Shown: one piece after another, positions 19,382 through 29,164 of the stretch
Layout: each line of letters starts with the position of its first letter
Numbering within the stretch: the first letter of the stretch is position 1
Assembly: GCA_041749335.1 (NCBI GenBank)
Contig: JBGTBM010000010.1
Coordinates: 142,039-206,038 of the forward strand
DNA: 64,000 nucleotides
Direction of reading: 5' to 3'
Source: Patescibacteria group bacterium
Lineage (GTDB): Bacteria; Patescibacteriota; JABMPQ01
Program-made: the position numbers and the translations under genes
Notes under the pieces: generated by a model
Database searches by the model: none
Seen by the model: only the letters and a program-made list of their open reading frames with translations
What the model was told of the DNA's origin: nothing

Positions 19382-21520
19382 ATGTTTACTGAAAGATATA
19401 AAAGTTTTAATATTTTTAATCCCGCTAAATCAAAATTATTTAGCGGATCATATGTTTTATCTCCCCAAAATCCTGATTATGACAAGCTCGGCCGCTTATA
19501 TTTGATTATGGAATTTTCACTGGATAATAATTTAGCTTCCAAGATCAGTGAAATCATTTTAGAAGTCTTGCAAAAAGAATATTACCGGCTGGAAGATGTA
19601 TTTAGAGAAGAACTGATTTTATCAAATTTTGAGAAGACATTAAATAAAACAAATCAAGCTTTATCGGCTTTGGCTTCCCAGGGCTATACCGATTGGATCA
19701 ATAATACCCACATCGCCATCGCCGTATTAAAACACAATAAAATACATTTTGCTATCACCGGAGACCCGAAAATTTTTCTAGTCAGGGGCAATAATTTTAT
19801 TTCCATTAATCAAGGATCTGGTAGCCAAACCCCCTCCCCCATGAAAGCCTTTACCAATATTACCAGCGGAACTTTAATGGCAGACGACAATCTCTTCCTG
19901 GCTACTCCCGAACTGATGAAATTTATTTCCGAAGATAAAATTAAAAAATTAATCGTCAATAATAAAGACGAGGTTTTGGAGTATATCAAGCACGAGATCC
20001 CCATGACCGATGATTACTCTTTCGCAGCTTTATCCATCAATATTGAAAAAGAGAAAAAAGTTAGCAGCTTTCCAATGAACGCACCATCCAAAATTCAGCC
20101 ACGCGAACTTGACTATCCCAGTTTAAATAATCTGGAGGAACTTAAATACCGTGAAAGTAAAAACACCGAAAGCTCAAATTCCGCTCCCGATGTGTTAAGC
20201 CCTAGTCCAAATATTAAACCCAAGACCGGAATTTCGCTTGCCAAGATAAAATTATTAGGCTCTAAATTCTTACGAAAAGCGCAATCAGTAAAAAAACTAG
20301 GTAATAAAACAAACTTAAAGGCCGGGGCTCAAAACATCAAGCGCACCGGAGGCGGCATTAAAAAATTGCCCAAGGTTCTGATTTATAAATTTAACGAACT
20401 GCCAAAATCCAGTAAATTATTATTAGTTTTATCGGTTGCTTTGGCAGTGCTTTTTGGCGGCAGCTTAATCATGCTTAAACAAAAAAAGAACGAAATTACC
20501 AAATTGAGCCAGCACGAGATCTTGTTAAATAGCGCCTTAAATAAAGAAAAAGAGGCTCAAGATGCCCTAATTTATAAAGATAAAGATAAAGCCAAGGAAT
20601 TGCTCATGCAGGCCAAGGAAGAAGCCAATAAATTAATTGCGGCTGATGTAATGGTAGCTGAAGCTAAAAATCTTTTGGATAAAATCAGTGAACAAATTGA
20701 TAAAGCGGAGGGAGTAACTCGCGTCAAAGATCCATTATTGGTCGCCGATTTAAAAGATCAACCGATTGATGGAATTTTCGGTTTGGACGGAACTGTGTAT
20801 TCTTTTAATCAAAGTAATAATTTTGTTTACAGCGTTGATGAAGAAAGCAAGGCTCTCTTAAAAGTATCAGAGGAGTCAAATAATATGGGGCATTTTACCA
20901 AGGGAACAATAAATGATGTTAGTAATTCTTTGATTTTCTTAACCGACACTCCCGGTTTTGTTGAATTCATGTTGGGAACCAGATCTATTGATAAGCTGGA
21001 AATTGATATTTTTAACTATGACAACGATACCGTGGATATAAAAACTTACGGCGATCGCTTATATCGACTAGTCCCTTCACAAAAACAAATTTTAAAGCAC
21101 ACGCGAACCATCGCCGGATATTCTCGGGGCGTGGAGTGGGTGCTTTCTAATGCAGGCGAGCTGGAAAATGCGGTTTCTTTCGCTATTGACGGCCAGGTTT
21201 ATGTTTTAAAGTCAGATGGCAATATCATAAAATATTTACGGGGAATCAAGCAGGAATTCAATATGCCGGAAATGCAAAATCCGCTTGAATCCCCCACAAA
21301 AATATACACGTCCGATAATTTAGACTATTTGTATGTTTTGGAACCAAAAAATAAAAGAGTGATAGTCCTGGATAAAAATTCCGGCAATTTAACCAACCAA
21401 TATACATCTGATAAATTTGACGACTTAAAAGATCTATACGTGGATGAAGAAGGACAAAAACTTTATATTTTAGCCGAAGATAACATTTACGGTATTGTTC
21501 TGGATACAGATAGCAACTAG
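19382..21520 (+). CDS. Membrane protein with N-terminal PP2C-like fold and C-terminal beta-propeller
   Basis: AITGDPKIFLVR, DDNLFLAT; central TM helix; AVSFAIDGQVYVL propeller repeats. Confidence 0.65.
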   Translation: MFTERYKSFNIFNPAKSKLFSGSYVLSPQNPDYDKLGRLYLIMEFSLDNNLASKISEIILEVLQKEYYRLEDVFREELILSNFEKTLNKTNQALSALASQGYTDWINNTHIAIAVLKHNKIHFAITGDPKIFLVRGNNFISINQGSGSQTPSPMKAFTNITSGTLMADDNLFLATPELMKFISEDKIKKLIVNNKDEVLEYIKHEIPMTDDYSFAALSINIEKEKKVSSFPMNAPSKIQPRELDYPSLNNLEELKYRESKNTESSNSAPDVLSPSPNIKPKTGISLAKIKLLGSKFLRKAQSVKKLGNKTNLKAGAQNIKRTGGGIKKLPKVLIYKFNELPKSSKLLLVLSVALAVLFGGSLIMLKQKKNEITKLSQHEILLNSALNKEKEAQDALIYKDKDKAKELLMQAKEEANKLIAADVMVAEAKNLLDKISEQIDKAEGVTRVKDPLLVADLKDQPIDGIFGLDGTVYSFNQSNNFVYSVDEESKALLKVSEESNNMGHFTKGTINDVSNSLIFLTDTPGFVEFMLGTRSIDKLEIDIFNYDNDTVDIKTYGDRLYRLVPSQKQILKHTRTIAGYSRGVEWVLSNAGELENAVSFAIDGQVYVLKSDGNIIKYLRGIKQEFNMPEMQNPLESPTKIYTSDNLDYLYVLEPKNKRVIVLDKNSGNLTNQYTSDKFDDLKDLYVDEEGQKLYILAEDNIYGIVLDTDSN

Positions 21521-22119
21521 TTTATCTTTTCCGCAAAAACGATATATCTTCTTAACACGCTTCCCAGTGGCCAGCAAGTAATTAACGCCAATCCCGATTC
21601 AATCGCGGGATTTTTTATTTGTTCCCACTCCGACGGATTAATAATTTTATTGCCGGCCACCCGATAATCATATTTAATATTTTGGTAATATATATTGATC
21701 TCGTCTCCGTCTTTTAGTTCGGGAATCAGCGCAAAAACATTATTATAATCGCTTTTTACCCACCAGTAGTTTGAGCTATGGCCCAAAAGCACAGACAGTC
21801 CCCGCTCTTCACCAGGCAGGCTTGATCCGGCATAATACACCACGCCCTTATTCAGATTATCAGTTATGGACTCTTCATTAAGGCCGGAATTAAAGATAAT
21901 AGGCGCTTTTACATTTATTTTAGGGATATAAATACTATCTTGAATATTTTTTTTATCCAATGGCTTGTCCTGCTGGTAAACATTTTGAACGAGGCACGCG
22001 CTTCCACAAATATCATAACTCATCTTTTCTACAATCATTCCAAAATTTAAACTAATCAAAATAAACTCGATTATCATTACGGCCCAAAATATCTTTTTAA
22101 TTTGTTTTCTTATTTTCAT
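21517..22119 (-). CDS. Sortase family protein
   Basis: IYIPKI, LLGHSS, LITCWP...R catalytic triad. Start moved to 22119 because the rplL terminator occupies the longer N-terminus. Confidence 0.88.
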   Translation of the reverse strand: MKIRKQIKKIFWAVMIIEFILISLNFGMIVEKMSYDICGSACLVQNVYQQDKPLDKKNIQDSIYIPKINVKAPIIFNSGLNEESITDNLNKGVVYYAGSSLPGEERGLSVLLGHSSNYWWVKSDYNNVFALIPELKDGDEINIYYQNIKYDYRVAGNKIINPSEWEQIKNPAIESGLALITCWPLGSVLRRYIVFAEKIN

Positions 22120-22129
22120 ATTTACTATC

Positions 22130-22160
22130 AAAAAAACGAGCGTTTTACCGCCCGTTTTTT
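22130..22160 (-). terminator. rplL terminator
   Basis: CGGGCG-GTAAAA-CGCTCG followed by a T-run. Confidence 0.7.
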
Positions 22161-22168
22161 CGTTCAAA

Positions 22169-22645
22169 TTATTTTAGTTCAACTTTAGCGCCAGCTTCTT
22201 CTAATTTCTTCTTTAATTCTTCCGCTTCCGCTTTAGGAGCGTTTTCTTTAATTACCGCCGGAGCTTTGTCTACCATGTCTTTGGCATCCTTTAATCCTTT
22301 GCCGGTAATTTCTTTTACTACCTTGATTACTTGTATCTTTTGTCCGCCCACGTCAGTTAGCTCGACATTAAAATTGGTTTTTTCCGCGGCGGCTTCTCCA
22401 CCTTCTCCGGCTCCGGGAGCTTGGGCCATCATTGCCATTGGAGCTGCAGCCGACACACCGAATTTATCTTCCAATACTTTTACCAATTCAGATAATTCCA
22501 GTACACTCATTTTCTCAATCTCTTCCACTAGCGGCTTAAATTTTTTAGGAACTTCAACTTCCTTTTTTTCTTCTTTGTCTTCTGTTGTTTTTTCTTCTTT
22601 CTTGTCCTCCGCAGCTTTAGCGGAGGTGGATTTTTCTTCAGCCAT
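22169..22645 (-). CDS. rplL: 50S ribosomal protein L7/L12
   Basis: [43 protein letters not shown]. Confidence 0.97.
   Translation of the reverse strand: MAEEKSTSAKAAEDKKEEKTTEDKEEKKEVEVPKKFKPLVEEIEKMSVLELSELVKVLEDKFGVSAAAPMAMMAQAPGAGEGGEAAAEKTNFNVELTDVGGQKIQVIKVVKEITGKGLKDAKDMVDKAPAVIKENAPKAEAEELKKKLEEAGAKVELK
22602..22631. repeat. In-frame palindromic repeat inside rplL
   Basis: cctccgc-agcttta-gcggagg hairpin in a ~30-nt GC-rich block encoding [10 protein letters not shown]. Confidence 0.65.
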
Positions 22646-22676
22646 ATATTTTATTAATTATTTATATATTTAATTA

Positions 22677-23201
22677 TTATGCTTTTTGATCCTTAATAGA
22701 ATTTAAAACGTTTACCAATCCCCTTAAATTGCCGGCTAACACATTAACAAAGCCGGTAATGGGAGCTTTGATTGTGCCTACTGTTTTGGCCAATAATTCT
22801 TGCTTGCCGGGCAGTTTCGCCAGAGATTCCACTTCGCTTTTAGCCAAATATTTTCCGTCTAAAATTCCGGCCAATATCTCCAAATTATTATGTCCTTTGG
22901 CAAAATCATAGACAATTTTGGCCGGTGAAACTTCGTCTTCCACCCCAAAAGCAACCGCAATTTGTCCTTCCTGCTGTTCCATTTCAGCATCCTTGATTTC
23001 GGATTTGGCCCGAGCTACTTCAAATAACGTATTTTTAACGATCTTGTAGGATACGCCTTGTTCGCGCATCTTAGAACGCATTTCTTCCAATTCCTTGACG
23101 GTCAAACCCTGATAGTTGGTTAGAACTAAAGACTTGGCCTCATTCATCTGATCTACCAAATTTTTGACATCTTCTTCTTTTTGCTTTCTTGTTTTTGGCA
23201 T
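22677..23201 (-). CDS. rplJ: 50S ribosomal protein L10
   Basis: YQGLTV, IVKNTLF, LAKLPGKQELLA. Confidence 0.97.
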   Translation of the reverse strand: MPKTRKQKEEDVKNLVDQMNEAKSLVLTNYQGLTVKELEEMRSKMREQGVSYKIVKNTLFEVARAKSEIKDAEMEQQEGQIAVAFGVEDEVSPAKIVYDFAKGHNNLEILAGILDGKYLAKSEVESLAKLPGKQELLAKTVGTIKAPITGFVNVLAGNLRGLVNVLNSIKDQKA

Positions 23202-23276
23202 AATGATTAGATAATCACGAAGCTAAAACTAATTTCATACAAATTGTACTTATTAGTATTAATCTCGTTTATTAAT

Positions 23277-23410
23277 AAAAAAATCGCTCATTACCATAGA
23301 ATTGAGCGAAATTACAACCATTACTAATCACTATTTTCTAATGACTAATAACCAGTTAAAACTCCCTCGGTAAGTTTTACGCATAAAATGCTACTTACGG
23401 TCTATGGTAA
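23277..23410 (-). promoter_or_regulatory. L10 leader with attenuator
   Basis: AGACCGTAAGT...ACTTACCGAGG fits the L10-leader core. The downstream hairpin CGCTCA..TGAGCG + T-run has a loop region TCTATGGTAA complementary to the leader 5' TTACCATAGA. Confidence 0.8.
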
Positions 23411-23452
23411 GTTAAAATAATGTTAATCTAATTACGATTAACTGTCAAGTGT

Positions 23453-24859
23453 TTACTTTTTATTTCTTTTATAAACTAACATCACCACAATAAACATTCC
23501 AAAAGCGGCCAAAGCGACTAATATCAAAGCTTTGTATGATGCAAATTCCGGTACAGTCGGACCCTCTTCTTGTTGTTCTAGTTCTCCATAAAAAACGTTA
23601 TAATATGATGGAATTGCTCGACTGCTAAATGTAGTAATTGGATCACCTCCTGATGTTATTTCAATATTTGGCATCATACCGAAATCATTACCGGTGCTGC
23701 CTTCATATACTGCATCGGCGGTCCAAGTTCCAGCGCCGGTTCCGGCGCAATTAGCGCTATCGCATGAATAATAAATTGCATCGTTTGTAGATGTATCGGA
23801 ATATATTATATGGGGGAATTCAGATGAATCATAAGCTACAGTTGCTCCCACCCATTTATCCTCTCCTTCGAACGGGAAAGTCCCTGAAAATACATTACAA
23901 TCCCAAGCATCGCTGCCGCCATAAGAGTCATCGCAGTTGCCTCCGCTGCCGACATATTCCGCGAAAGCTAAACTGCCGCTATAATCAAAGACTAAACCAA
24001 TTGTATCAGCATCTTTAACATAAATATCCCCGTTATAAATTAATCCGCTGGCGACTGTAGTTAAAGCCCAGTCTTCTGCCGCATCGCAGCTAGACGTAGC
24101 AACATCACATCTGGCCACATATAAACCACTGCCATCATCGTAAGAAGTATAGATTAATCCGGCTGAACTGGCGCTGATACGGCTATTCTGGTTATTTTTA
24201 TTGGTGAAAATATTATATAAAGTATAATCTCCAGCAGTATCACACCCGGATGAGGCATAATCATCACAGTAGCCATACTTTAATGTTTGATAACCATCAT
24301 TCCAAATTCCATGATAGCGATCATTGCCATCTATGGATAAATCGGTATGCGCTTCGGTATTTGCATCAGTTAAATCAATGGTAAAGCATGACCAGGCAGT
24401 TATGCCTGAAGCACATCCGGTGCCGCCGCTCCCAACATATACTGCCATCCTGGTTCGATTCGCCGTATCATACCCAGAGTAGATTATGGCAGCATAATTG
24501 TCAGAATTATAATCAATAGCATTGTACTCTCCAATGAGGTTGATAGTGTCATCCAAAGTTATTTCCGTATTCCAGCTTGAAATTCCTCCTCCGCCATCCG
24601 TAGCACAATCGCCCGACGTACAATCCCGGAATCTTAAGGAATCATCAAAGTCGGACATCCAGGCCACTCCGGGATAGTTATCGCTTCTTAACGCCATAGA
24701 TACAAACCCGTTATAAACTACGCTTGGCTCATCAATTATTGAATAAATATTTAACACATCCCAATTAGTTCCCTCGGCCGCCCAAACAATACCGTACAGA
24801 GCCAAGGATGCTCCACAAATTAATAGCAGTGCCAAAAAATAATTTTTTATTTTAGCCAT
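23453..24859 (-). CDS. Cys-rich surface protein with VPEF C-terminal sorting-like signal (paralog 1)
   Basis: Signal peptide, YVGSGGNC..WxC repeats, VPEF + TM helix + KRNKK. Confidence 0.8.
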   Translation of the reverse strand: MAKIKNYFLALLLICGASLALYGIVWAAEGTNWDVLNIYSIIDEPSVVYNGFVSMALRSDNYPGVAWMSDFDDSLRFRDCTSGDCATDGGGGISSWNTEITLDDTINLIGEYNAIDYNSDNYAAIIYSGYDTANRTRMAVYVGSGGTGCASGITAWSCFTIDLTDANTEAHTDLSIDGNDRYHGIWNDGYQTLKYGYCDDYASSGCDTAGDYTLYNIFTNKNNQNSRISASSAGLIYTSYDDGSGLYVARCDVATSSCDAAEDWALTTVASGLIYNGDIYVKDADTIGLVFDYSGSLAFAEYVGSGGNCDDSYGGSDAWDCNVFSGTFPFEGEDKWVGATVAYDSSEFPHIIYSDTSTNDAIYYSCDSANCAGTGAGTWTADAVYEGSTGNDFGMMPNIEITSGGDPITTFSSRAIPSYYNVFYGELEQQEEGPTVPEFASYKALILVALAAFGMFIVVMLVYKRNKK

Positions 24860-24933
24860 TTTTTTATTATTAATAATCTGGTTTATTATATCAAACAAAA
24901 CAAACCATTTATAGCTCCGCCTGTGCATAACTA

Positions 24934-24961
24934 AAAAAGCGTCCATCACTTAGATGGACGC
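24934..24961 (-). terminator. Terminator after paralog 2
   Basis: GCGTCCATC-TAAGT-GATGGACGC-TTTTTT. Confidence 0.75.
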
Positions 24962-24977
24962 CTTAATAATTATTTAG

Positions 24978-26441
24978 TTATTCTTTGTTCTTATTGCGCC
25001 AGGCGACAATTCCAATAACCATCCCTAAGGCTAAAACTGCAATTACAATCTTCCAAATATTGCTCTGGGGAAGTTCCGGGACTATATCTTCTAACGGCGG
25101 CTCATCGCCTCCTTGTTCGCCGTAATACAAATCACCAGCTACAGTATCTGAAAATGCTACGCGGGGCCCGGAACCAAATTCTACGCTAGAAAGTATCCCA
25201 AAGTGATTCATATTAATTTGATTAGTATAAAAAATTGTTTGCCTATTCCAATTACTAGGAGTAGTACAATTTGCAGTACAATGAGAATATTCTGCAATAA
25301 AATCTTTATTTTCTGGTGAAATAGTTTGTTTATTGACATTATAAGCTAACCCCCGCTCTCCAGAAGAACTAATGTCCATTTCTAATGACAAGGCACTATT
25401 ATTGCCGGGATGTAATGGTGTATATGTGGAAGCAATTGAAGCACATGTCCAATCTGAACTTGAACATCCGGTACCACCACTACCTACATATTCAGCATAA
25501 TGTAACTGATAACCAGAATCTTGCGCATAAGCTATAGCTAATATTCCAGCCTTAGCTTCAATATCACCCACCATAACCGCTGATGAATCGATTGTCGTGG
25601 CAGATGACCAATCAGTAGAATCATTACAGCCAGTAGAACTAAAATTACACGTTTTATAATAAAGGGTAGTTGTTGAATCTGTAAAAGCTACATGCAAATT
25701 TCCGGAAGAATCCGCATCAATTCTTGCAGCTTGGTTATAAATACCATGATGAATTTCATAAAATTGAAAATCGCCAGTTTCATCACACCCCGAAGCGGCC
25801 ATATCACAGAATGCATAATTTAAATCATAATCATTATTATTAGTATAAACAATATGGTAATTTCCATTGCTATCGATAACGAAATCCGAATTTGGTGCGT
25901 AATCAGAATTACCAAGAGAAAAACATTTCCAGTTATTATTACCACCAGCACAACTATTTTCTGTTCCCGATCCGGTATATTTTGCAATTCTCATTGGATT
26001 GTATGCATGGAGTATTACCGGTTTATTATCGGAACCATAATCCAAAGAAACAAATGTTCCATACCTAATACCCGAAGCGGGTGTTTCAACAGTTATTTCG
26101 GAACCCCAATTCTCTCGGCCACCACCATCTCCTAAGGCGCAATCACTACCAGAATTACATTCAACATATCTTAGACCGCTCCAATTATCATTATTATCTA
26201 TTCTATAGCTATAAGCGATTCCGGGATATCCATTGCTTTTTGTCGCTAAGGATAAAAAACCGCCTAATGGCCTCTCATCAGATAAATTTCCATCATTATT
26301 TATATAATCATATACCACATCCCAATCAACACCTTCTGAATATGCCGCTTGCGCAAAATTATTATTTGCAAGACACACCCCCATTACTGCAATTATAAAT
26401 AGAAGTATAATTTTTCCTGCGGTAAAAATTTTTTTGACCAT
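24978..26441 (-). CDS. Cys-rich surface protein with IVPELPQS tail (paralog 2)
   Basis: Signal peptide, WDVVYD, YVGSGGTGC, IVPELPQS + TM helix + RNKNKE. Confidence 0.8.
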   Translation of the reverse strand: MVKKIFTAGKIILLFIIAVMGVCLANNNFAQAAYSEGVDWDVVYDYINNDGNLSDERPLGGFLSLATKSNGYPGIAYSYRIDNNDNWSGLRYVECNSGSDCALGDGGGRENWGSEITVETPASGIRYGTFVSLDYGSDNKPVILHAYNPMRIAKYTGSGTENSCAGGNNNWKCFSLGNSDYAPNSDFVIDSNGNYHIVYTNNNDYDLNYAFCDMAASGCDETGDFQFYEIHHGIYNQAARIDADSSGNLHVAFTDSTTTLYYKTCNFSSTGCNDSTDWSSATTIDSSAVMVGDIEAKAGILAIAYAQDSGYQLHYAEYVGSGGTGCSSSDWTCASIASTYTPLHPGNNSALSLEMDISSSGERGLAYNVNKQTISPENKDFIAEYSHCTANCTTPSNWNRQTIFYTNQINMNHFGILSSVEFGSGPRVAFSDTVAGDLYYGEQGGDEPPLEDIVPELPQSNIWKIVIAVLALGMVIGIVAWRNKNKE

Positions 26442-26524
26442 AAATGTATTTTTTAATTAAATATTTATCCTAATTGATTATATTATATTTCTCAATTCTA
26501 CGAAATGCCCGCCTGTGCATAATT

Positions 26525-26556
26525 AAAAAAGCGCCCCAAATTTATGGGACGCTTTT
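26525..26556 (-). terminator. Terminator after paralog 3
   Basis: GCGTCCCA-TAAATT-TGGGGCGC-TTTTTT. Confidence 0.7.
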
Positions 26557-26586
26557 GTTATATGTTATATGTTATATGTTACATGA

Positions 26587-28008
26587 CTATTTTTTTTTCT
26601 TATTGCGCCAAGCGACGATACCGATCACTAAGCCAAACGCCAGAACCGCGATTGCAATCTTCCAAATGCTGCTTTGTGGCAGTTCGGGTACGATTTGCTC
26701 TTCAGGCGGTAAGTCACCTTCCTGCTCGGCATAGTAAACATATAAACTTCCAGATGTACTTGAGGCAATTCTCGGTCCGGAGCCAAATTCCATGGAAATT
26801 AAACTTCCTGAATATATATTAGTAGGAGTGCCATTATTAACAAAAATTGGTTCCGCTGTCCAGTTTGAATTGGTAGTACAGTTACTGGTGCATGACACAT
26901 ATCGCATATTCGGATTACCACTGGGAGAACCGACTGCGATTCCTCTTTCTCCAGTAGCTGAATAGATATCAAGCTCAAAAGCATATCTGCCATCGCCATT
27001 AGAATCTATTGAAATATTAGACGAACTAACATTTGAACAATTCCAAGCGTCTGCGCCAGCAGCCCCACCCCATGAATTATCGCAATTTCCGCCAGATCCT
27101 ACATATTCCACATATTTAAGATACTCAGAAGCTCCGTTATATGCGAATCCCAATGTGCTTGTTTGAGCATCAAGGCTCATGTTGGGAATTTGACTAACAT
27201 ATGAAGAGGTCGAAACAACATTGTAAACTGTACTCCATTCTCCACTCGCATTACATCCGGTATTAATATCACATTTAGAATATTTTATATAATACCCATT
27301 ATATTCACCATATACTAAATGTAGATAACCTGAAGAGTCAATATCCAACGAATGATGTGAATTACCACCAACGCTGTAAAGATCTAATTTTGAGTAATCA
27401 CCAGGATCATCGCAATTGGTAGTATTGTATGTTTGACATACTGCCACGGCAACTCGAGGATTACTTCCATCATCAAAAACAAGGTAATAATTATTATTGC
27501 CATCAATAATGAAATCAAAGTCTGCATTATAAAAGGACACAAATGATCCAGAAGAAAATCTCCATGCACTATTTATATATGTTGCAATTTTCAAATTATT
27601 TCCGTCAGTATAAAAAATAACCGGCTCATCGTTTGTATTAAAATCAATTTTTGCGTAATTGATATTGGTACTACTATTAATTGTAGTATAAGGACTCCAA
27701 TTTCCCACTCCATCTCCCGAAGCACAATCCCCCGATGTACACTCGGCATAGCCTAGTCCTCGTGTACTATTTTTAGAAAAAACAATCGCAGGATAACCAT
27801 TGCTCCTAGTAGCTAACGAAACATTCCGCTGATAAGTAGCACCACTATAAATACTGCCGGGATGATTTACATTTCCGCTATCATATACCACGTCCCAATT
27901 CGTTTGTTCAATAGGAATCGCCATGGTTGTATTTAGGCCCACAAAAGCACTCGTCAGCATAATTAAAAGAAAAATTAATATTCTTTTTAACCTGTTTGGT
28001 TTTTTCAT
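26587..28008 (-). CDS. Cys-rich surface protein with IVPELPQS tail (paralog 3)
   Basis: Signal peptide, WDVVYD, YVGSGGNCD, IVPELPQS + TM helix + RNKKKK. Confidence 0.8.
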   Translation of the reverse strand: MKKPNRLKRILIFLLIMLTSAFVGLNTTMAIPIEQTNWDVVYDSGNVNHPGSIYSGATYQRNVSLATRSNGYPAIVFSKNSTRGLGYAECTSGDCASGDGVGNWSPYTTINSSTNINYAKIDFNTNDEPVIFYTDGNNLKIATYINSAWRFSSGSFVSFYNADFDFIIDGNNNYYLVFDDGSNPRVAVAVCQTYNTTNCDDPGDYSKLDLYSVGGNSHHSLDIDSSGYLHLVYGEYNGYYIKYSKCDINTGCNASGEWSTVYNVVSTSSYVSQIPNMSLDAQTSTLGFAYNGASEYLKYVEYVGSGGNCDNSWGGAAGADAWNCSNVSSSNISIDSNGDGRYAFELDIYSATGERGIAVGSPSGNPNMRYVSCTSNCTTNSNWTAEPIFVNNGTPTNIYSGSLISMEFGSGPRIASSTSGSLYVYYAEQEGDLPPEEQIVPELPQSSIWKIAIAVLAFGLVIGIVAWRNKKKK

Positions 28009-28096
28009 ATTATTATTAATTATTTTATTTAAGTTATTATAACATTTTTTTCAATTTCCCCAAATGACTTTGGGGATAAGTTGTACCGAGGTCTAA

Positions 28097-29161
28097 TTAA
28101 TTTAAATATTTCTGCTTATTAATATTATGCTCTTCCAGGTTTTTAGAAAAAATCGCCTCGCCGGTATCAAGCGTAGTCAAAAAGAAAAAATAATCATGGC
28201 TGGCGGGATCAATTGTCGCAGAAATAGCCATAAGTCCCGGATTGCCCACCGGTCCCGGAGGCAGCCCTTCGTTTAAATATGTATTATAGGGCGATTCAAT
28301 CTGCGTATCTTTAATCGTTGGCTGGGGATCTTTTTTGCCGGTGATGTATGTAATAGTTACGTCTGACTGCAATTTCATGCCAGTATTGAGGCGGTTATAA
28401 TATACCCCTGCGACTTTTTTCATTTCCTGCTCATCTCTCACCTCTTTTTCCACTATCGATGCCAGAGTAATTATCTCATAGAAATTCAAATCTTGTTTAT
28501 GGGCTTCTTTTATCATATCCGCACCGACTTTATCTTGAAAATTATCCAGCATTTTCCTTACAATTGCTTCCGGCTCAGAGTTCGCAAATACTTTATATGT
28601 ATCGGGAAATAAAAATCCCTCCAAATCATTACCTTTGGGAATATTGGAAAGAAAATCATAGTCCTTTTTATACTTGCTGATATTTTTTATTTCTTCCAAA
28701 AATTTATCCTCAAATTCTTTCGCCAATTCCTCCGGCGCTTTATCGCTAGCTGTATGCTTCCCGTGATATAGAGCAAATTCTTCTGCAATTTCCCGACTAT
28801 TATATCCTTCCGGAATGGTTACCCGATCGTCTTCCGCCATTTCTCCGCCGATCAAAATTTCTACGATCTCTTTGGGAGTCATAGAGGGAGCCAGCCGATA
28901 TTTGCCGGCCTTGATTTTATCTTCCGACCGCTTCAGCCAGATACAGGTATCAAAAAAGAAATTATCGGAAATAATTCCCTGCTTTTCCAACCGCGCCGAT
29001 ACAATATTGACTCCGTCCCCGCTTTCCACCACAAAATCCTGTTCACCCGCGGAATTAATATAAGGCTGATTAAATTGATAATTCATCCAGATGACAAATC
29101 CCGCCCCTGTCAAAATTAAAATAACGATTAATGCGATAAATATTTTTGCGCCGGTTTTCAT
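28097..29161 (-). CDS. mltG: Endolytic transglycosylase MltG
   Basis: LEGFLFPDTY, LASIVEKE, SPYNTY..GLPPGP. Confidence 0.95.
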   Translation of the reverse strand: MKTGAKIFIALIVILILTGAGFVIWMNYQFNQPYINSAGEQDFVVESGDGVNIVSARLEKQGIISDNFFFDTCIWLKRSEDKIKAGKYRLAPSMTPKEIVEILIGGEMAEDDRVTIPEGYNSREIAEEFALYHGKHTASDKAPEELAKEFEDKFLEEIKNISKYKKDYDFLSNIPKGNDLEGFLFPDTYKVFANSEPEAIVRKMLDNFQDKVGADMIKEAHKQDLNFYEIITLASIVEKEVRDEQEMKKVAGVYYNRLNTGMKLQSDVTITYITGKKDPQPTIKDTQIESPYNTYLNEGLPPGPVGNPGLMAISATIDPASHDYFFFLTTLDTGEAIFSKNLEEHNINKQKYLN

Positions 29162-29164
29162 ATT

